Assembly (NCBI RefSeq): GCF_006345805.1
Contig: NC_043001.1
Location: 117,738,001 to 117,802,000 of the forward strand
Length of the DNA stretch: 64,000 nucleotides
Source of the DNA: Octopus sinensis
Lineage: Eukaryota
Direction: 5' to 3'
Under the pieces are notes generated by a model that worked only from the letters and a program-made list of their open reading frames with translations, was not told the origin of the DNA and did not search any database. A program made the translations under genes and the position numbers. This document shows, piece after piece, positions 41,680-54,276 of this stretch (its first letter is position 1; every line of letters starts with the position of its first letter).

Positions 41680-44600
41680 TTGTGTATGCACAACAGATTA
41701 AACCGTTCGAAAAAATTTCTCACATTGACTACAAAAACTGACCTTAGATGACAAGACCCTTCCTAAGTACCTCAACTGTCCGTAAGAATGCTGTTTTCTG
41801 GAGCTGTCCTAAACTAGGTGTTATACCTATTTCCTATATCCATCTGTTAAAATTTTTAGAGATTGTTACCGGTATACATTTTACCCGCACTTTTCGTAGC
41901 CTCTGTATTCAATGGCTCGGTTCTGGAACTTGGCTATTTTCTTTATGCCTCTCATATTGATTTTCTCATCATTTGGGACTGTAAAGTCAATTAACTGACA
42001 TTTTCTATTCTCTTTGTCTACTACAACTAAATTAAGCCTTCTAGCTTCTATTACTCTATCAGTCTGAATTCTAAAATACCACATCTTATATTTTTTACTT
42101 ACTAGCACTTTACTTAGTTCATGCTCATACTATACTTATCCTAGCTTTACAGTGGAATATTTTCCCTAGGTTGTCATGTCTTTTCTTGTATTCTTTCTGT
42201 GCCAGCATGTTATATTCACTTACTATATGTGTAACACACTCCTCTTTTGACTTACATAACTTACATTGGGAATCAATTTGTTTTTGTCCATTTTGGCTTT
42301 TATCCAATTAGTCCTTAATGCTTGATCTTGTGCTGTTACTAACAAACTTTCTATCTCCCTTTTCAGCCTTCCTTTCAACGACCATAACCATGTTTCACTA
42401 TTACTATTTCCTGTAGCTATCTTTGGGAATCTACTATGCAAAGCTTTCTCTTACCAGTCAGATAATCTTTCTTCCTTTTCTGATTTTTAACTTCGAGCAG
42501 CTCTTAATAAACTTTCTACACTCGTACGTATATAGGAGTCTATATCTGCTCTAGCTAAACTCCACGCAGTCTTCTACAGATGTTAACCCTCTACCACTTT
42601 CCTTTCTAAGTAAGTACAATCTTGCTACTCCTGCTCTTGGGTAAAGTCCTCCATTCATATTGAATTCCTTCCTAGATTTTCTGTTCAGATTTCGTCCAAT
42701 CTACAAAAGCTGATGAATATTTAAGTAATGATATTGCCCAAGTAATTACAGCCTTCAATAGATTCGGACCATTTAGCTTTCGCTTTCATTTCTATAGTTA
42801 GTACTCTATCAGATTCTAATACTCCTAGATAACTCTTTCTTTCTATCAGCGATTTTAATGCCTGACCGTCTGGTAATTATATGCCTTCACTGCTGACCAC
42901 CAGTTCCTTTTTTATGATCAATATTGCACACTTATCTATGCCAAATTTCATACCTATATCTTTGCTGAAGAGTCTTAATAAAGAATTTATCTTTCTTTTC
43001 TTTTTTTTTTTACTAAAATGCTTCAGATCGTCCATGTAGAGCAAATGGTTAATTTTCCCCTTACTATATCTAAACTGATACTCTGCCTTTGCCTTTCTTA
43101 ACACCAAACTGAGGAGGATTAAGCATAATACAAATATTAAAGGGGATAACTATCTCACAGGAAAATTCCTCTCTTGATATTAACTTTCTCTAAGGTTATG
43201 TCACTTGAGTTGAGAGCCACTTCCCATTCCTTCGTGCTTTGGCTAATTAACTCTCTGCAATACTGAATGGACTCAAATATTCATTTATCCATGAGTGGAA
43301 TCATTTCATAGACTTTCTTATAATTCATCCATGCTATTGTTAAATTTTTCTTTCTACTTTTAGAACAGCTTTGTCTACGTACAATAGATCATGAATTCCT
43401 CAAGCAAATTTTCTGTTCTGTCAGTAGATTCTAGCTTGTTTTGGGTGCTCGTAAACGCTTTCTGAGACCATTCCTATTAACAGCTTCCACGCGAATGGCA
43501 AGCAAGCGGTTGGTCTATAATTACCAGCTATATTACTCTTATGTCTTTCATAAGGAGTACTCTTCTCCCTCTAGTCATCCAATCAGGCAATCCTGAAGTT
43601 GTTCCCTCAGTCTCCCATGTAAACTTCTTTAACCAGAACCCTTGAATTAAATCTGATCCTGGGCCCTTCCAATTCAGCATTTTTCCTAACATTTTTCTCA
43701 TTAATGCGCTAATTATTTTTAGATCTGATTGCTTCTCACTAACTACGTCTTCCCTCACTTTCTCTAACCATGCTGCATCTCCATTATGATTGACTGGCTT
43801 ATCCCAAATATTACTCCGGAACTTTCTAGCTGCTTCTGAATTAGGTTTCGCATCTTCAGTACTTTCTCCTCACTATTTATTTGGATGTAAAATCTCCTCT
43901 GGTCTGCTTCAAAGAAACTGATCTATTATTCTCTGATATCTGGAAAGCTTACTTGCAATTGCTATGATACAGTATCAACTTTTCTAAAATCTTTTCTTTT
44001 TGACTAAGAATTTTTTTCTGAAGGGAAGATTTAAATCTTGTGTTTCCCAACTTGTTCAGTTTCCAGGCTTCTATTCTACTCAGATCTTGTCTTAAAGTCA
44101 TCATTTTATTCTCTAATCTCTTCCATATTATTTCTTCCTAATCTTTTCTTGGAGAATACCTAATTTCCAGTAACTACTACTCCTACTGCATAGATCAATA
44201 AGTTAGTGAAACCTATATTTTTAGTATCTATCCTGCTAACAGAATCTTCCCTGGTCATATCTAGTAGCTTCCTACTATTGACACCTTTTAACGCTGGTAA
44301 TCTTTTTCTTTCTTCTTTACCCATTGCTTCTTACTACTCAACTAAAATCTGATTTTCCTCACTTAAGTCGTTTAAGTCGCTGATGCCAGTTGTCCTTTTC
44401 TGATTGGTAATACTATTATTACTTTTTCTTTTTCCTTTAGGTTCTTCTTTGGTTTGAACTATATCTCTGTTGTTGTTTGGCTTTTATACAGCCTTGTCTT
44501 TCTTTTCCAGTTCTCTTATGATCTCTTTCACCTCCAGTTCTGTCATCCACTTACTTCTCCTAATAGCATTAACCTGGTCTACTGCTCTCTGCTCATTCAC

Positions 44601-44918
44601 TTAAAGCATACTTTTCTTTACCCAAAGTGTTAATATCTGTTTTCTTTACTCACTTTTAGGTTCACTTTCTAAGTAACACTGCATCGTTATCCAATTTTCT
44701 TTACTGATCCATTTCCTTCTCCTTACTCTATTATCTGCTGATGCTGTCTTAGAATAACAGCTGTGGCCATTCTGCATCTGTACTGAGCCACTGCCGAACG
44801 AGAAGCCTTCCCTTAAAGGTCCAGCCTCATTTTCACTGTTACCCTCAGAGCTTCTGTGTAAACTCATGTCTCTCATAAACCGAGGCAAGGTAATATTCGT
44901 CACCACCATCATCTCCAC
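41680..44918 (-). mobile_element. Near full-length, inactivated R4/Dong-clade non-LTR retrotransposon (RT plus restriction-like endonuclease)
   Basis: Collinear fragments: N-terminal RRKWISKENWITMQCYLESEP; KMLNWKGPGSDLIQGFWLKKF; RT core INHLLYMDDLK and GMKFGIDKC; ESLLVTAQDQALRT; zinc motif CKLCKSKEECVTHIVSE plus RHD; RLE IQTDRVIEARRLNLVVVDKENRKCQLIDFTVP; terminal QKTAFLRTVEVLRKGLVI* (stop ~41744). The 5' end abuts (TAA)n at 44919. Many frameshifts and stops. Confidence 0.9.
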
Positions 44919-44971
<53 letters not shown>

Positions 44972-45002
44972 GTTATTAATTATGATTATTATTATCATTA
45001 TC

Positions 45003-45454
45003 GTGTGAGAGAGCAGTGCATGCCATTAAAGTGACACTTGGGTAAAATATACGAAGCCCAGTATACCCATTATGACTACCCGTCTGATAAGGGTACACCA
45101 GGCACATGCATCACAATCATATGTGCGCGACATGGTGATCTCATATCAAGATTAACAGCGCATGACCTTGCAAGTGGGGCCCACTTAGAATTTTCTTCAT
45201 GTCGAGTAGTCCAATCCTGCTCCCCTGAATAAGGGTTGTTTAAGGTTGTTGAACGAAACACCTATGTTTCCAAAGGTGAATTACACAAACCCACAAGAAT
45301 TCATCTCAATACATAGCTATGATGCTCACCCACTACTTCTACTCGTGATCAGAGGTGCACATATCGTCAGCTACTAAGGGACATGCTCAACTGTTTAAGG
45401 TCAAACAACTGACAAGTAAATTTGTGGTATTGAGCAGAATATTTGCTGTAGCTC
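45003..45454 (-). mobile_element. TAA-associated non-coding element, copy 3 (truncated)
   Basis: Same left end next to (TTA)n as copies 1 and 2; homology stops at ~45454, where a SINE B fragment begins. Confidence 0.8.
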
Positions 45455-45456
45455 AA

Positions 45457-45625
45457 GTGGCGAGCTGGTAGAGTCATTAGCACGCCGAGAAAAATACCGC
45501 CGAGGTCGACTTTGTCCATCCATTCGAGATCGATGAAATGAATACCAGTTGAGTACAGAGGTCGATGTTATCGGCTAGCTCCGCCCTCAAAATTTCAAGC
45601 TTTGCACCTACGGTAGAAAAAATTA
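45457..45625 (+). mobile_element. Internally deleted SINE family B copy
   Basis: GTGGCGAGCTGGTAGAGTCATTAGCACGCCG...CCGCCGAGGTCGACTTTG. Confidence 0.65.
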
Positions 45626-45961
45626 TTGTTACCATTATTTTCGATTTAGCCTTTCTTCCTTTCAAAAGACCACAATGCCAGTACCAGTCAGATATAGACG
45701 ATCGATGAAATCGACTATCACCCTTCCATATAAACATTTCCCATCCCTAAACCGTTATAAGAAATAAATATCAATATTTTCATTTGTCGTGTTCGAGCAA
45801 CTTCCTCCTTGAAAGGAATCTAAGTTTAACGATGACAAACTTATATACAGGGTCCTGTCTATCTATACATATACCTATATATATATATATATGAGCGCAT
45901 GTAATATCATTTACATTATCGTGTGTGCATGCATATGTTTTGTACGTGTGTGTGTGTGTGC

Positions 45962-46111
45962 AGGCGCAAGCATGGCTTCGTAGTTAAGAAATTCGGTTTG
46001 CGACCATGTGGTTTCTGGTTCAGGCCCACGGCGCTGTACTTTGGGCAAGTCTCTTCGGTTGATGAATGCCTTATGAGTGAATTTGGTAGACAGAAATTAT
46101 GCTGAAGCCTG

Positions 46112-46113
<2 letters not shown>
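45962..46113 (+). mobile_element. Degenerate 5' part of SINE family A
   Basis: Matches 58655-58818 (CTTTGGGCAAGT, GAGTGAATTTGGTAGACAGAAA...GAAGCCTGTCG). Confidence 0.6.
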
Positions 46114-46154
<41 letters not shown>

Positions 46155-46300
46155 TGTATGTGCGTGTGTGTGTTGTATATACATATATGTATGCATACAC
46201 ACACACTCACACACACACACACATAGTGTGAAGTTAAAATATGTATAAAACATAATTTTGCCACGTAGTGTATACTGATTCCCAGCATTTTGGCTCCTTT

Positions 46301-46340
<40 letters not shown>

Positions 46341-46479
46341 AAAGTCTATGGGGATTACTTAATACAGTTTTTGGAGTGTAAAGGTGTGTTTTTTTTGTTT
46401 TGTTTTTTAAATGTTATGAAATCTTTTATGAGGATGTTACTAACCATTTTTGGGAAGAAATTTTTTTTTAATGTCTGAA

Positions 46480-48100
46480 CGCTTTCGTTAATCCTTTTCA
46501 AACACATCTGGTCTTAAAGAGGAAGTTATTATTTTTGTGGTAGTGGTAGAATTATTTCCGGTTTATTTTCGGACTTTTGGTTTTGATCATAAATATTGTT
46601 TTACCATTGTTTATATTATGGTGTGTTGGTTATTTTGGGTTTCATCTCGGATTTAGAATTCTTATAAAGTATTCTTCTTTTGCCTTTTGTAGTTGAACAT
46701 TTTCATCGTTTATTTTATAGAATGGGAATATTTTAAATTTTCCATCTGCACAGATATTTGGATGCTCACTGCGAGGGACATTCGTAAGAGATGAATCCCT
46801 AATTTGTTGTTTATGCACATTTTCACGGTTGCTCAGTTTCTTTCCTGTCTCTCCCATGTAGTTTTCATTGCATTGTGGGCATGTGATGCAGCAGATAAGG
46901 TTTTTGTTTTGTATTCGCTTTTAATTTCTTCCCATTCATGAGTCTTTTGGTTGTCCTTTGCTCAATTAATTCGCATGTCCCACAACAGGGGTCTCCACAG
47001 TTGATTACTGGCAGCGTTTCTTTTTTCAAATGTGAATCTCACCTTTGTTAGGTGTCTCTTGAGATTTGGTGGTTGTCTTCGACTGTTGATAATTTGCGAA
47101 TTTTTAATTATTGTTGGAGATTTGGTGATTGGTGTAGAATTGGGATGCATCGTTTGGCTGAGTGCAGGATGTTGTGGTTCCTAAAACTGTGGGTGACTAC
47201 AAATGAAATATTTGTATTTGTATTTTTATTTTCACACCTAGCCTAAGTGTTTCTCCGTCAGGTACAGATCGGGGTTTCCTTTGCTTTTGTTATGGCATGT
47301 TGAATTAACTTGTTAGGATATTTTTATTACTGAAGGAATATATTGTTTTTCCAGTTTCCTATAAGGTAGGTTTGGAAGTGGTGATCAAAAGTAGTTCGGG
47401 ATAGGGTGTATATTTTTTCTTCTAGGTATCCCATTACTAGAGTGGAAAATGTTGGTACGACTTTCGTCACTATTGCAGTGCCTTGTATTTGTAGATAATA
47501 TTGATTATTAAAGAAGTAGTTGGTTTCCAGTACTATCTGTAAACCTTCAAGTATAAATTCTTTTGAGAATCTCTCCTGAATTCTTTGTGGGCGTTTGTTT
47601 ATCCAGAATTCTACTGCTTTTAGCCCACATATATTGGGAGTATTTATGTAGAGACAAGTTACGTCAAAGCTAACTCGTACTATCTCTTTATCGACCCGTT
47701 CTGGGAATCTCGCCATGTCATCTCTGATGGACTGGGCTAATTACATAAAGGTTTTAAAATTATGTCCAGAATACTTAATCTTTGGGTGTGATCTGGCCCC
47801 AATCAGACGCAATTTGAGATAGTTGGTTGAGAATCTTTATTATGAAATATGGAGGTGTTTTATGTTGTGATCTGGATTTATGCATTTTAGGAAGTCTAGA
47901 TTACTTCTTTTCACTTCAAAATGGTGAGGTACTCTTTTATTGTATCCGAAGTTGATTGCCAGTTTTGCTCATATCGTTGTTGTAGTACGCTGGCATGATT
48001 GGTACATATAAATAGTGTCTAAGTGAAGTTTATGCTAGTTTTTATTGTTCCGTTCATCATAAGGTGAGTCGCATTAATTATTTGTTGAAGATCTCCCATA
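46480..48100 (-). mobile_element. Penelope-like element, 3' part (RT plus GIY-YIG endonuclease), decayed
   Basis: VSFDVTCLYINTP...YYLQIQGTAIVTKVVPTFSTLVMGYLEE (47327-47716) is PLE-type RT. CITCPQCNENYMGETG...VHKQQIR...EEYFIRILNP (46642-46890) is a GIY-YIG domain. Confidence 0.85.
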
Positions 48101-48211
48101 AGGGAGAACCTAATTGTTGAACCTCATTGTTGAATTGTTGAATTGTTAGTTGCTTTTTATTATTATTTTTCTTTTTGGCTGTGATTTTTTGTTTGTTTTC
48201 TTCCCCCATTT

Positions 48212-49141
48212 ATGGGTGAAGTAAAAGAAAAAAGAAGACTGGAGTGCGAACCAGTTCCAGCCGGCAGCTATGCTTCAGCCACTTGAATAAGTTTAACTGC
48301 TGACGCACAAGAGGTTCGAGAAGTTAAAATTGAGCCAAAAGAGCTAAAGGAATACAACAGACTTATCGAGAAGGAAGGAATCAGTTTGAAGTTGACCCCG
48401 CCGGAAAATTTAACAGCTAGCGTGACGAATCGGACAGTGGTATATAGAACGCTGTCCACGGCAACGAAAAGAATAGAAATAGCCACAGTAGATGCCATAG
48501 AGGAGTGTTTAAAGGAGGTAAAAAGCCTCACAACGTTCTACACCAGATGGAGAAGATACGGCACAGTGGAGGTAAGGTTCGCTAGCAAACAAGAAGTGAT
48601 AAGCCACTTCACTATGGCGCTAAAGACACCAGAGTGGGTGCTTCTGCCGACTTACTGTGGCAAACGAGTGTGCAGGGTAAAGATTAGCAGAGTAGCCCCG
48701 GAGATTGAGGAGGCGAGGCTGGTGGTAGCCATCCTGTATAATATGGAGGAGGACGTGAAGGTGTTGAAAGTGACGAGGACGAAAGAGGTAAACTGAAGGG
48801 GATACGGCCTCGAAGTGGCCATCCAAGTCAGTTTACAAGATTTACACAGGATAGCGGAGGTGATACTGCCGGAAAACGTGAGATTGAGAGTAGTGTTGGC
48901 GGGAAGACCTTCAACCTGTTACCAGTGTGGAGTAAGGGGATACATGAGAGCAAGGTGTCCCCAGAAAGACGATAAAGATGTAGAGGAACAGCAGCAGCAG
49001 AGTACCGAGCGGGAGCAGAGTGCTGAAGTGACGGCCCCAGTAAGTGAGAAGTGTCCGGAGAAGGTGGGGGAGGAATATACGGTGGTAAATAAACAAAAAA
49101 AAGGAAGGATGACGTGGACTCACCGCCAAAGAGTCCGTTAA
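48212..49141 (+). pseudogene. LINE-ORF1/gag-like gene with CCHC-type zinc knuckle, two in-frame stops
   Basis: One frame from ATG 48212 (MGEVKEKRRLECEPVPAGSYASAT*) through the 48386-48796 and 48815-49141 ORFs (310 codons), broken by two TGA codons. Knuckle CYQCGVRGYMRARC (H replaced by Y) preceded by VVLAGRP, as in L1/Tx1-type ORF1 proteins. Confidence 0.65.
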
Positions 49142-49369
49142 AGAAATGGAAGGAAAGTAAACAAGAAGAGACACGGCATGAGATTCCAACAACATCAACA
49201 AGGGAAGCCAACGTGGAAAATCAAAGTGGGACTACAGGATCAAGTAACTAAAAAAGAACCGAAAAATAAATGTTGACTTATACGAAAAGCACGGAGATTG
49301 AAAAGAAAATAACGAAAATGAAGTCGATAATAACAGGGAAGCTAACAGTAGAATCCTATCCAGAGAGCA

Positions 49370-51836
49370 CCAAAGCAATTGTACATGACAATAGAAACCG
49401 TAAATGAAGAGTTGGACAGACTCAAAAAGAGTGGAGACATCCAAAAGGGGGATTACTCGAAGTGGGTGACACCCATGGTATGTAGTAAAAAAAATAACAA
49501 GATTAGACTGTATACCGATTTCTCTACAGGATTAGGCGACTGCTTAAAAACATACCACCATCCACTCGACTGCAGAAGACATTTTTTCAAAGTTAGATGG
49601 TGGAAAATTTTTTTCCAAATTAGATCTGTCCGAAGCCAAAAGTAAATGAAAAATGCTCAAAGTATTTGACAATAATACATACAGAGGATTGTACAGATAT
49701 ACACGATTACCTTTTAGATTAAAACTGGCACCAGCAGTATTCCAGAAAATCATGGATGCTACGTTATCTGAGTGTGAATTTGCAATCCCGTACTTGGACG
49801 ATATTTTGATTAAGAGTAATTCTAGTGAACAGCACGTGGAACGCATAAAAGCTGTGTTTAAGAAAATTGAAGTTTTCGGGTTCGCTTTGAATCAAGAAAA
49901 ATGAGAATTCTTTCAACCCTAAATTAAGTAGTTAGGGAAAATAATTGATAAAAGTGGTAGACGTCCTGACTCGACGAGGGCAGACGCAATAAGGAATATG
50001 CCGAGAAATATTCCAACTTTACGAGCATTTCTTGGGTTGGAAAACTAATATCAAAGCTGCATTCCGAATATGTACATTGAACGACTTATTAAAAAAAGGA
50101 GTGGAATTGGTCCACTAAATGCCAGAACACTTTTGAAGAAATAAAAAAAATTCTAATCTTAGACCTGTCGTTAGTACATTACGATCCTGAAATGGACATC
50201 ATCGTAGCGTCTGATGCTTCCGAGCATGGATTAGATGCAGTTCTACTTCATATATACGAAGACGAAAGTACAAAACCAGTGGTTCATGTTACGCGCTCGC
50301 CAATAGCGGCAGAGAAGAGATATAATCAAATTGAAAAGGAGGCCTAGCAGTTATTTTTGTAGTTATAAAATTTCACAGGTTTCTGCATGGCAGAAGTTTT
50401 TTTATTTCAAACAGACCATAGACTTTTGCTGACGATTTATATGTCTAAAAAAGGGTTTCCGACTCATACTGCGAACCTTCTGCAACGCTGGGGTGTAATA
50501 TTACTAAATGATAATTTCAAAATGCAATACATTCCATCACAAAAAATCAGTCATGTGGGCTACCTATCGAGATTAATTCCAAAAAATATGGAACCACCAG
50601 AAGAGACCTGTTACCGAAGAGACCTGTTGTAGCCGCACTGCAGGCAGAAAGTGAAATTAAAAGTGTTATGACGAACGTTACCCAAGAACTACGAGTGACG
50701 GCATAGGGTATAAGAATGAAAACTGTAGGTGATGAGTGTATTATGAAAATAAAAACAGCTTTAAAAAATAAATAGAATAAAAATTTAGATGCCAGAAGTT
50801 TTTCAATTTGCGACGATATCTAATGTATGCCCAAAGGCTGGTGGTTCCAACTACTTTACAAAAAGGTGTATTGCAACAATTTCACAGTGGGCATCCAGGT
50901 ACGGCAAAGATGAAATCTCTGATGAGGAGTTATGTATATTAGCCATCTAGGGACCGAGATATCAAATGTGTCAAAGCCCGTTTATTTTATCAGTCGTGGC
51001 CAGAGACGGAAATCCCATGGTCTAGATTACACGTTCACTATGCCGGACCGGTAAACGGCGCTTACTACATATCGTAGTAGATAGCTGTACTAAGTGGCCG
51101 GAAGTTTGCAGGTGCTATAGACCAACCTCTAAAACAACTATAAAGTTCTTATACGAATTGTTTGCGCTATACGGTGTCCCTGACTAGTTTCAGACAACGG
51201 AACGCAGTTCTCTGGGTATGAATTCAAGAACTTCTGTAACAGGCATGCGATAAGGCATATTTTCACTCCACCCTACCACCCGAGGTCAAGCGGGCAAATA
51301 GAAAGATTTGTGGACACCTTTAAGAGAGAGTTAAGAAAAGCGAGGAATGAATTAAGTAACGACGAAGCACTGACGAATTTCTTAATAATATACAGAGTGG
51401 CCCCCAATCCAAGTACAAATTCAAGGAAGTCTCCCGCAGAATTGATGTTTTCAGGAGTAAAATCCACTTTTGATAAGCTATTACCAGAGAAAAATAAGAG
51501 GTAAAGGAATACGAAAGAACCAACGAAATACGTCGAAGTAGGTGATAAAGTGCATTTCAAAACCTATAGAAGCGGTAAAGAAGGCTGTGAAGATGGCTTC
51601 GTTACCAGAAAAGTTGAAAGTATGATACGTCTAATTAAAGGGTCACACGATGAACATATGAGACATATAAACCAACTAAGGAAGAGGCATTCCTAAGATC
51701 AGGAAGAAATTCCCATGGAAGTATTCTGTGAAATATTCGATGTACCAGTACCAAAAGTAAGAGAGTCCCGTAGAACCAGCATAAGGAAAAGAAAGCAGAC
51801 CGAACACCTTGAGATAATGCCCAAGCGAAAGAGATA

Positions 51837-51880
<44 letters not shown>

Positions 51881-51920
51881 TTCTTTATTCCTTTGGAACA
51901 CGAAATTTCAAAAGGAGATA
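49370..51920 (+). mobile_element. Decayed Ty3/Gypsy pol (RT, RNase H, integrase)
   Basis: EELDRLKKSG...SKWVTPMV, KIRLYTDFSTGL, GLYRYTRLPFRLKLAPAVFQKIMD, YLDDILI; RNase H DASEHGL, YNQIEKEA, TDHRLL; integrase HSGHPG..KMKSLMRSYVY, PWSRLHVHYAGP, DNGTQF, PPYHPRSSGQIERFVDTFKR. RT-RH-IN order is Gypsy. Confidence 0.92.
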
Positions 51921-52508
51921 TGTCGTGCGAGAGCACGTCGCCCTCTGGTGAGAATGGACCGGACCACTACATGTAAGTAGTAGTGGTCTGAGTAAGTGAA
52001 ATAGTTCCGCCGTCTCCTCTAAAAGGAGAAGAGAAATTCTGTTTTCTAGCCGTAATAGCTATTGCGAAAGCGGTGATATGGAAGACGCGTGGAAGAGGTA
52101 TCGCATCAGGCACCTTCGTTTCCGGGCATGCTTTGGTTAACCTCTTTTTATATCACCTAAGAGTGAAAGCATGTCTGGAGAAGAAATGCTTGATGTCAAA
52201 AAAGGACAAAAGATGGAGGAAAGTAGCTCGAATGTTAGGTATGTAAGTACCTAATTGAGCAGAGAGAAAAAAGGACGAAGTGAACGGTTCAACGCAGGAA
52301 TGTGGTTGGTGGAGTCAAACCCATTCCGCCTACATTCATTTTTGTTTTTCATTTTCATCCGAAATTATAATATATTTATTCACATATGTAACATCATTCG
52401 ATAAGTCCCCGACCCCATTTGTCCTGTGTATTGTCCTCTATTTCTTTAACCCTTGTGGTTTGAATAAAATCATCGTGCTAGTTCTACAGTGTGTTTCTTG
52501 ATAGCACA
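51921..52508 (+). mobile_element. Probable 3' LTR of the Gypsy element
   Basis: Purine tract AAAAGGAGATA immediately followed by TGTCGTG at 51921. AATAAA at ~52463, plausible CA end at ~52508, after which Penelope-like sequence resumes. Right boundary approximate. Confidence 0.6.
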
Positions 52509-52509
52509 A

Positions 52510-52975
52510 AGTTGGAGTTAAAAGCTTAGAGTTCGAGTTAGCGTGTTGGATTGTTGGTTCTTAAAATATAGTTGTTACGTTCCGATTGGTTACTGCCGTT
52601 TGTTTCGATTATATTGTCATTACACTGTTGCAATGTATTCGTTTATCAATAAGGATATAACATTGGTTTATCAGCATTGCTATCTAGTTTTCTGTAGAAT
52701 TGCTGGTCCCTGAATTGTTCTAAGACCATTTCCCTGTAATGGTTCTTGTCCATTATTGCAATGGCTCTTCCTTCGTCAACTTCTTTAATGACTTCTTAAT
52801 GAGTCTTCTTGTAGACATTGTAATGCTTTTTGTTCCTCATCTGTAATATTTTGTTTTAGTTAGCAGACCTTTTCAGACATATTATATTTTCCTCCAGGTG
52901 TTTTATGTGCTAATTAATGCCACGAAACTCATTTTCGCCACAACTCAATAAATAAAGAGTTATTAGCTTTTTTAA
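52510..52975 (-). mobile_element. Penelope-like element, 5' part (pre-RT region)
   Basis: KQNITDEEQKALQCLQED...VIKEVDEGRAIAIMDKNHYREMVLEQFRDQQFYRKLDSN matches the NLT.EE..AL..L...VIK.ADKG...VIMD...Y motif upstream of PLE RTs. Same strand as, and collinear with, 46480-48100. Confidence 0.75.
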
Positions 52976-54276
52976 AGTTTGGAAATTTTGGTTAATTTTA
53001 GCCAATCGTAAGTCACAGGCACATTCATGCCAGTTTCCATAGTAACAAGCCAAACACGAGCTTTTGTCTGGGAAATAGCACGTGTTGACAAATATATTCT
53101 ATGCGGATGCATGTGAGCCGACGCTGTGTTTGCTGCTCGTCCCCATCTGCTGCTTGTAAACTGGTCGAGAGATGTGCTAAAAATAACAGCCAAAAAGCCC
53201 CCACTCATTTTTGCATGGTTGTATTGATTCCCGAGTGTAGAGTACAAATTCTCAAAAAATTTCTTTAAAAAAAATGTTATGTGGAGTTACATATCGTGCG
53301 TAAAGCAGAAGTTGATTTATTTGTAGTTTCATATTAAAACACGTCACATACAAAAGGACAATTTACAAATCCTGTTTTCTGATTGGGTGAAAATGATCAA
53401 ACTTAAAACCTCTATAACTTTTTTTTTAAATTTATCTTGAAAAAGTGAAATATCTCCTGAGATTTTAAAATTTTCAATAAACTTCGAAATTTCCACAGCT
53501 GCAGCCAAACAGAAAAGATTTGAGGTCACTATCAAAGTGGGAAGTCTTTTCTCTTGTTAGCTTTCAACCTCGTCCCCCAGACAACCTCTTTCGGTATAGC
53601 CACCAGACAGAGGAACTTGCTAGGTTCAAGGATGGTGACGAGAGAATCTTAACTACAGACTCAGCTGTAAACTGGATCCGTCACACACTCCATGGCCACT
53701 AATTTAAAGGTATCACCTTCACTGAAGTTCATGTCCAGGACTAACAACTTACTGTCCGAGCCCCGGATGTCCGCACCTTGAGACTTAAGGATTTTCAGAA
53801 TAAAAGTGCCGCTCTACCGCCCTGTCACTCGATCCCGACAGCCCACAAGTTGAAATTATCTCATAATCATCAACAATTAGTGTGAGTGTCTCACTGATGT
53901 CAGTCATATCTGTTAAGCCACCTGAGGTCTTTGAGCAAGGGACTTTGCTTATAAGCTGCACTGTTCCTTTATACCCCCTACTCTGAGGACAGCCATGTTT
54001 GTCCGATAGGCCGGTTGATCCAAGCAGTCAATTTTAAAAGATCTTTGCAAAGCATTTCTAACGGGCGCCATCTACTAATGCATCTTTAAGAGTTTAGGAG
54101 CAGGAGCTCTTTCATCCCTTCCTTAACCCCTGGTTTCATTTTCATATCACTGGTAACTCCCGACTTTATAATTCCTCTTTCATAGATACTTTTCCTTTGG
54201 TTTCTCATCTCGTTGCTTGGTGAGATCCCTGGTTCAGGGAGGCCTGAAGTAATTGAGGGGGTAGGTAAGTGTATTA

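Noticed and set aside
40885-45454. LTR retrotransposon interpretation of the two direct repeats flanking an RT
   Set aside because: The internal RT is a non-LTR RLE type, the repeats lack TG...CA, PBS and PPT, and a third copy occurs elsewhere. Kept instead as a separate TAA-associated element.
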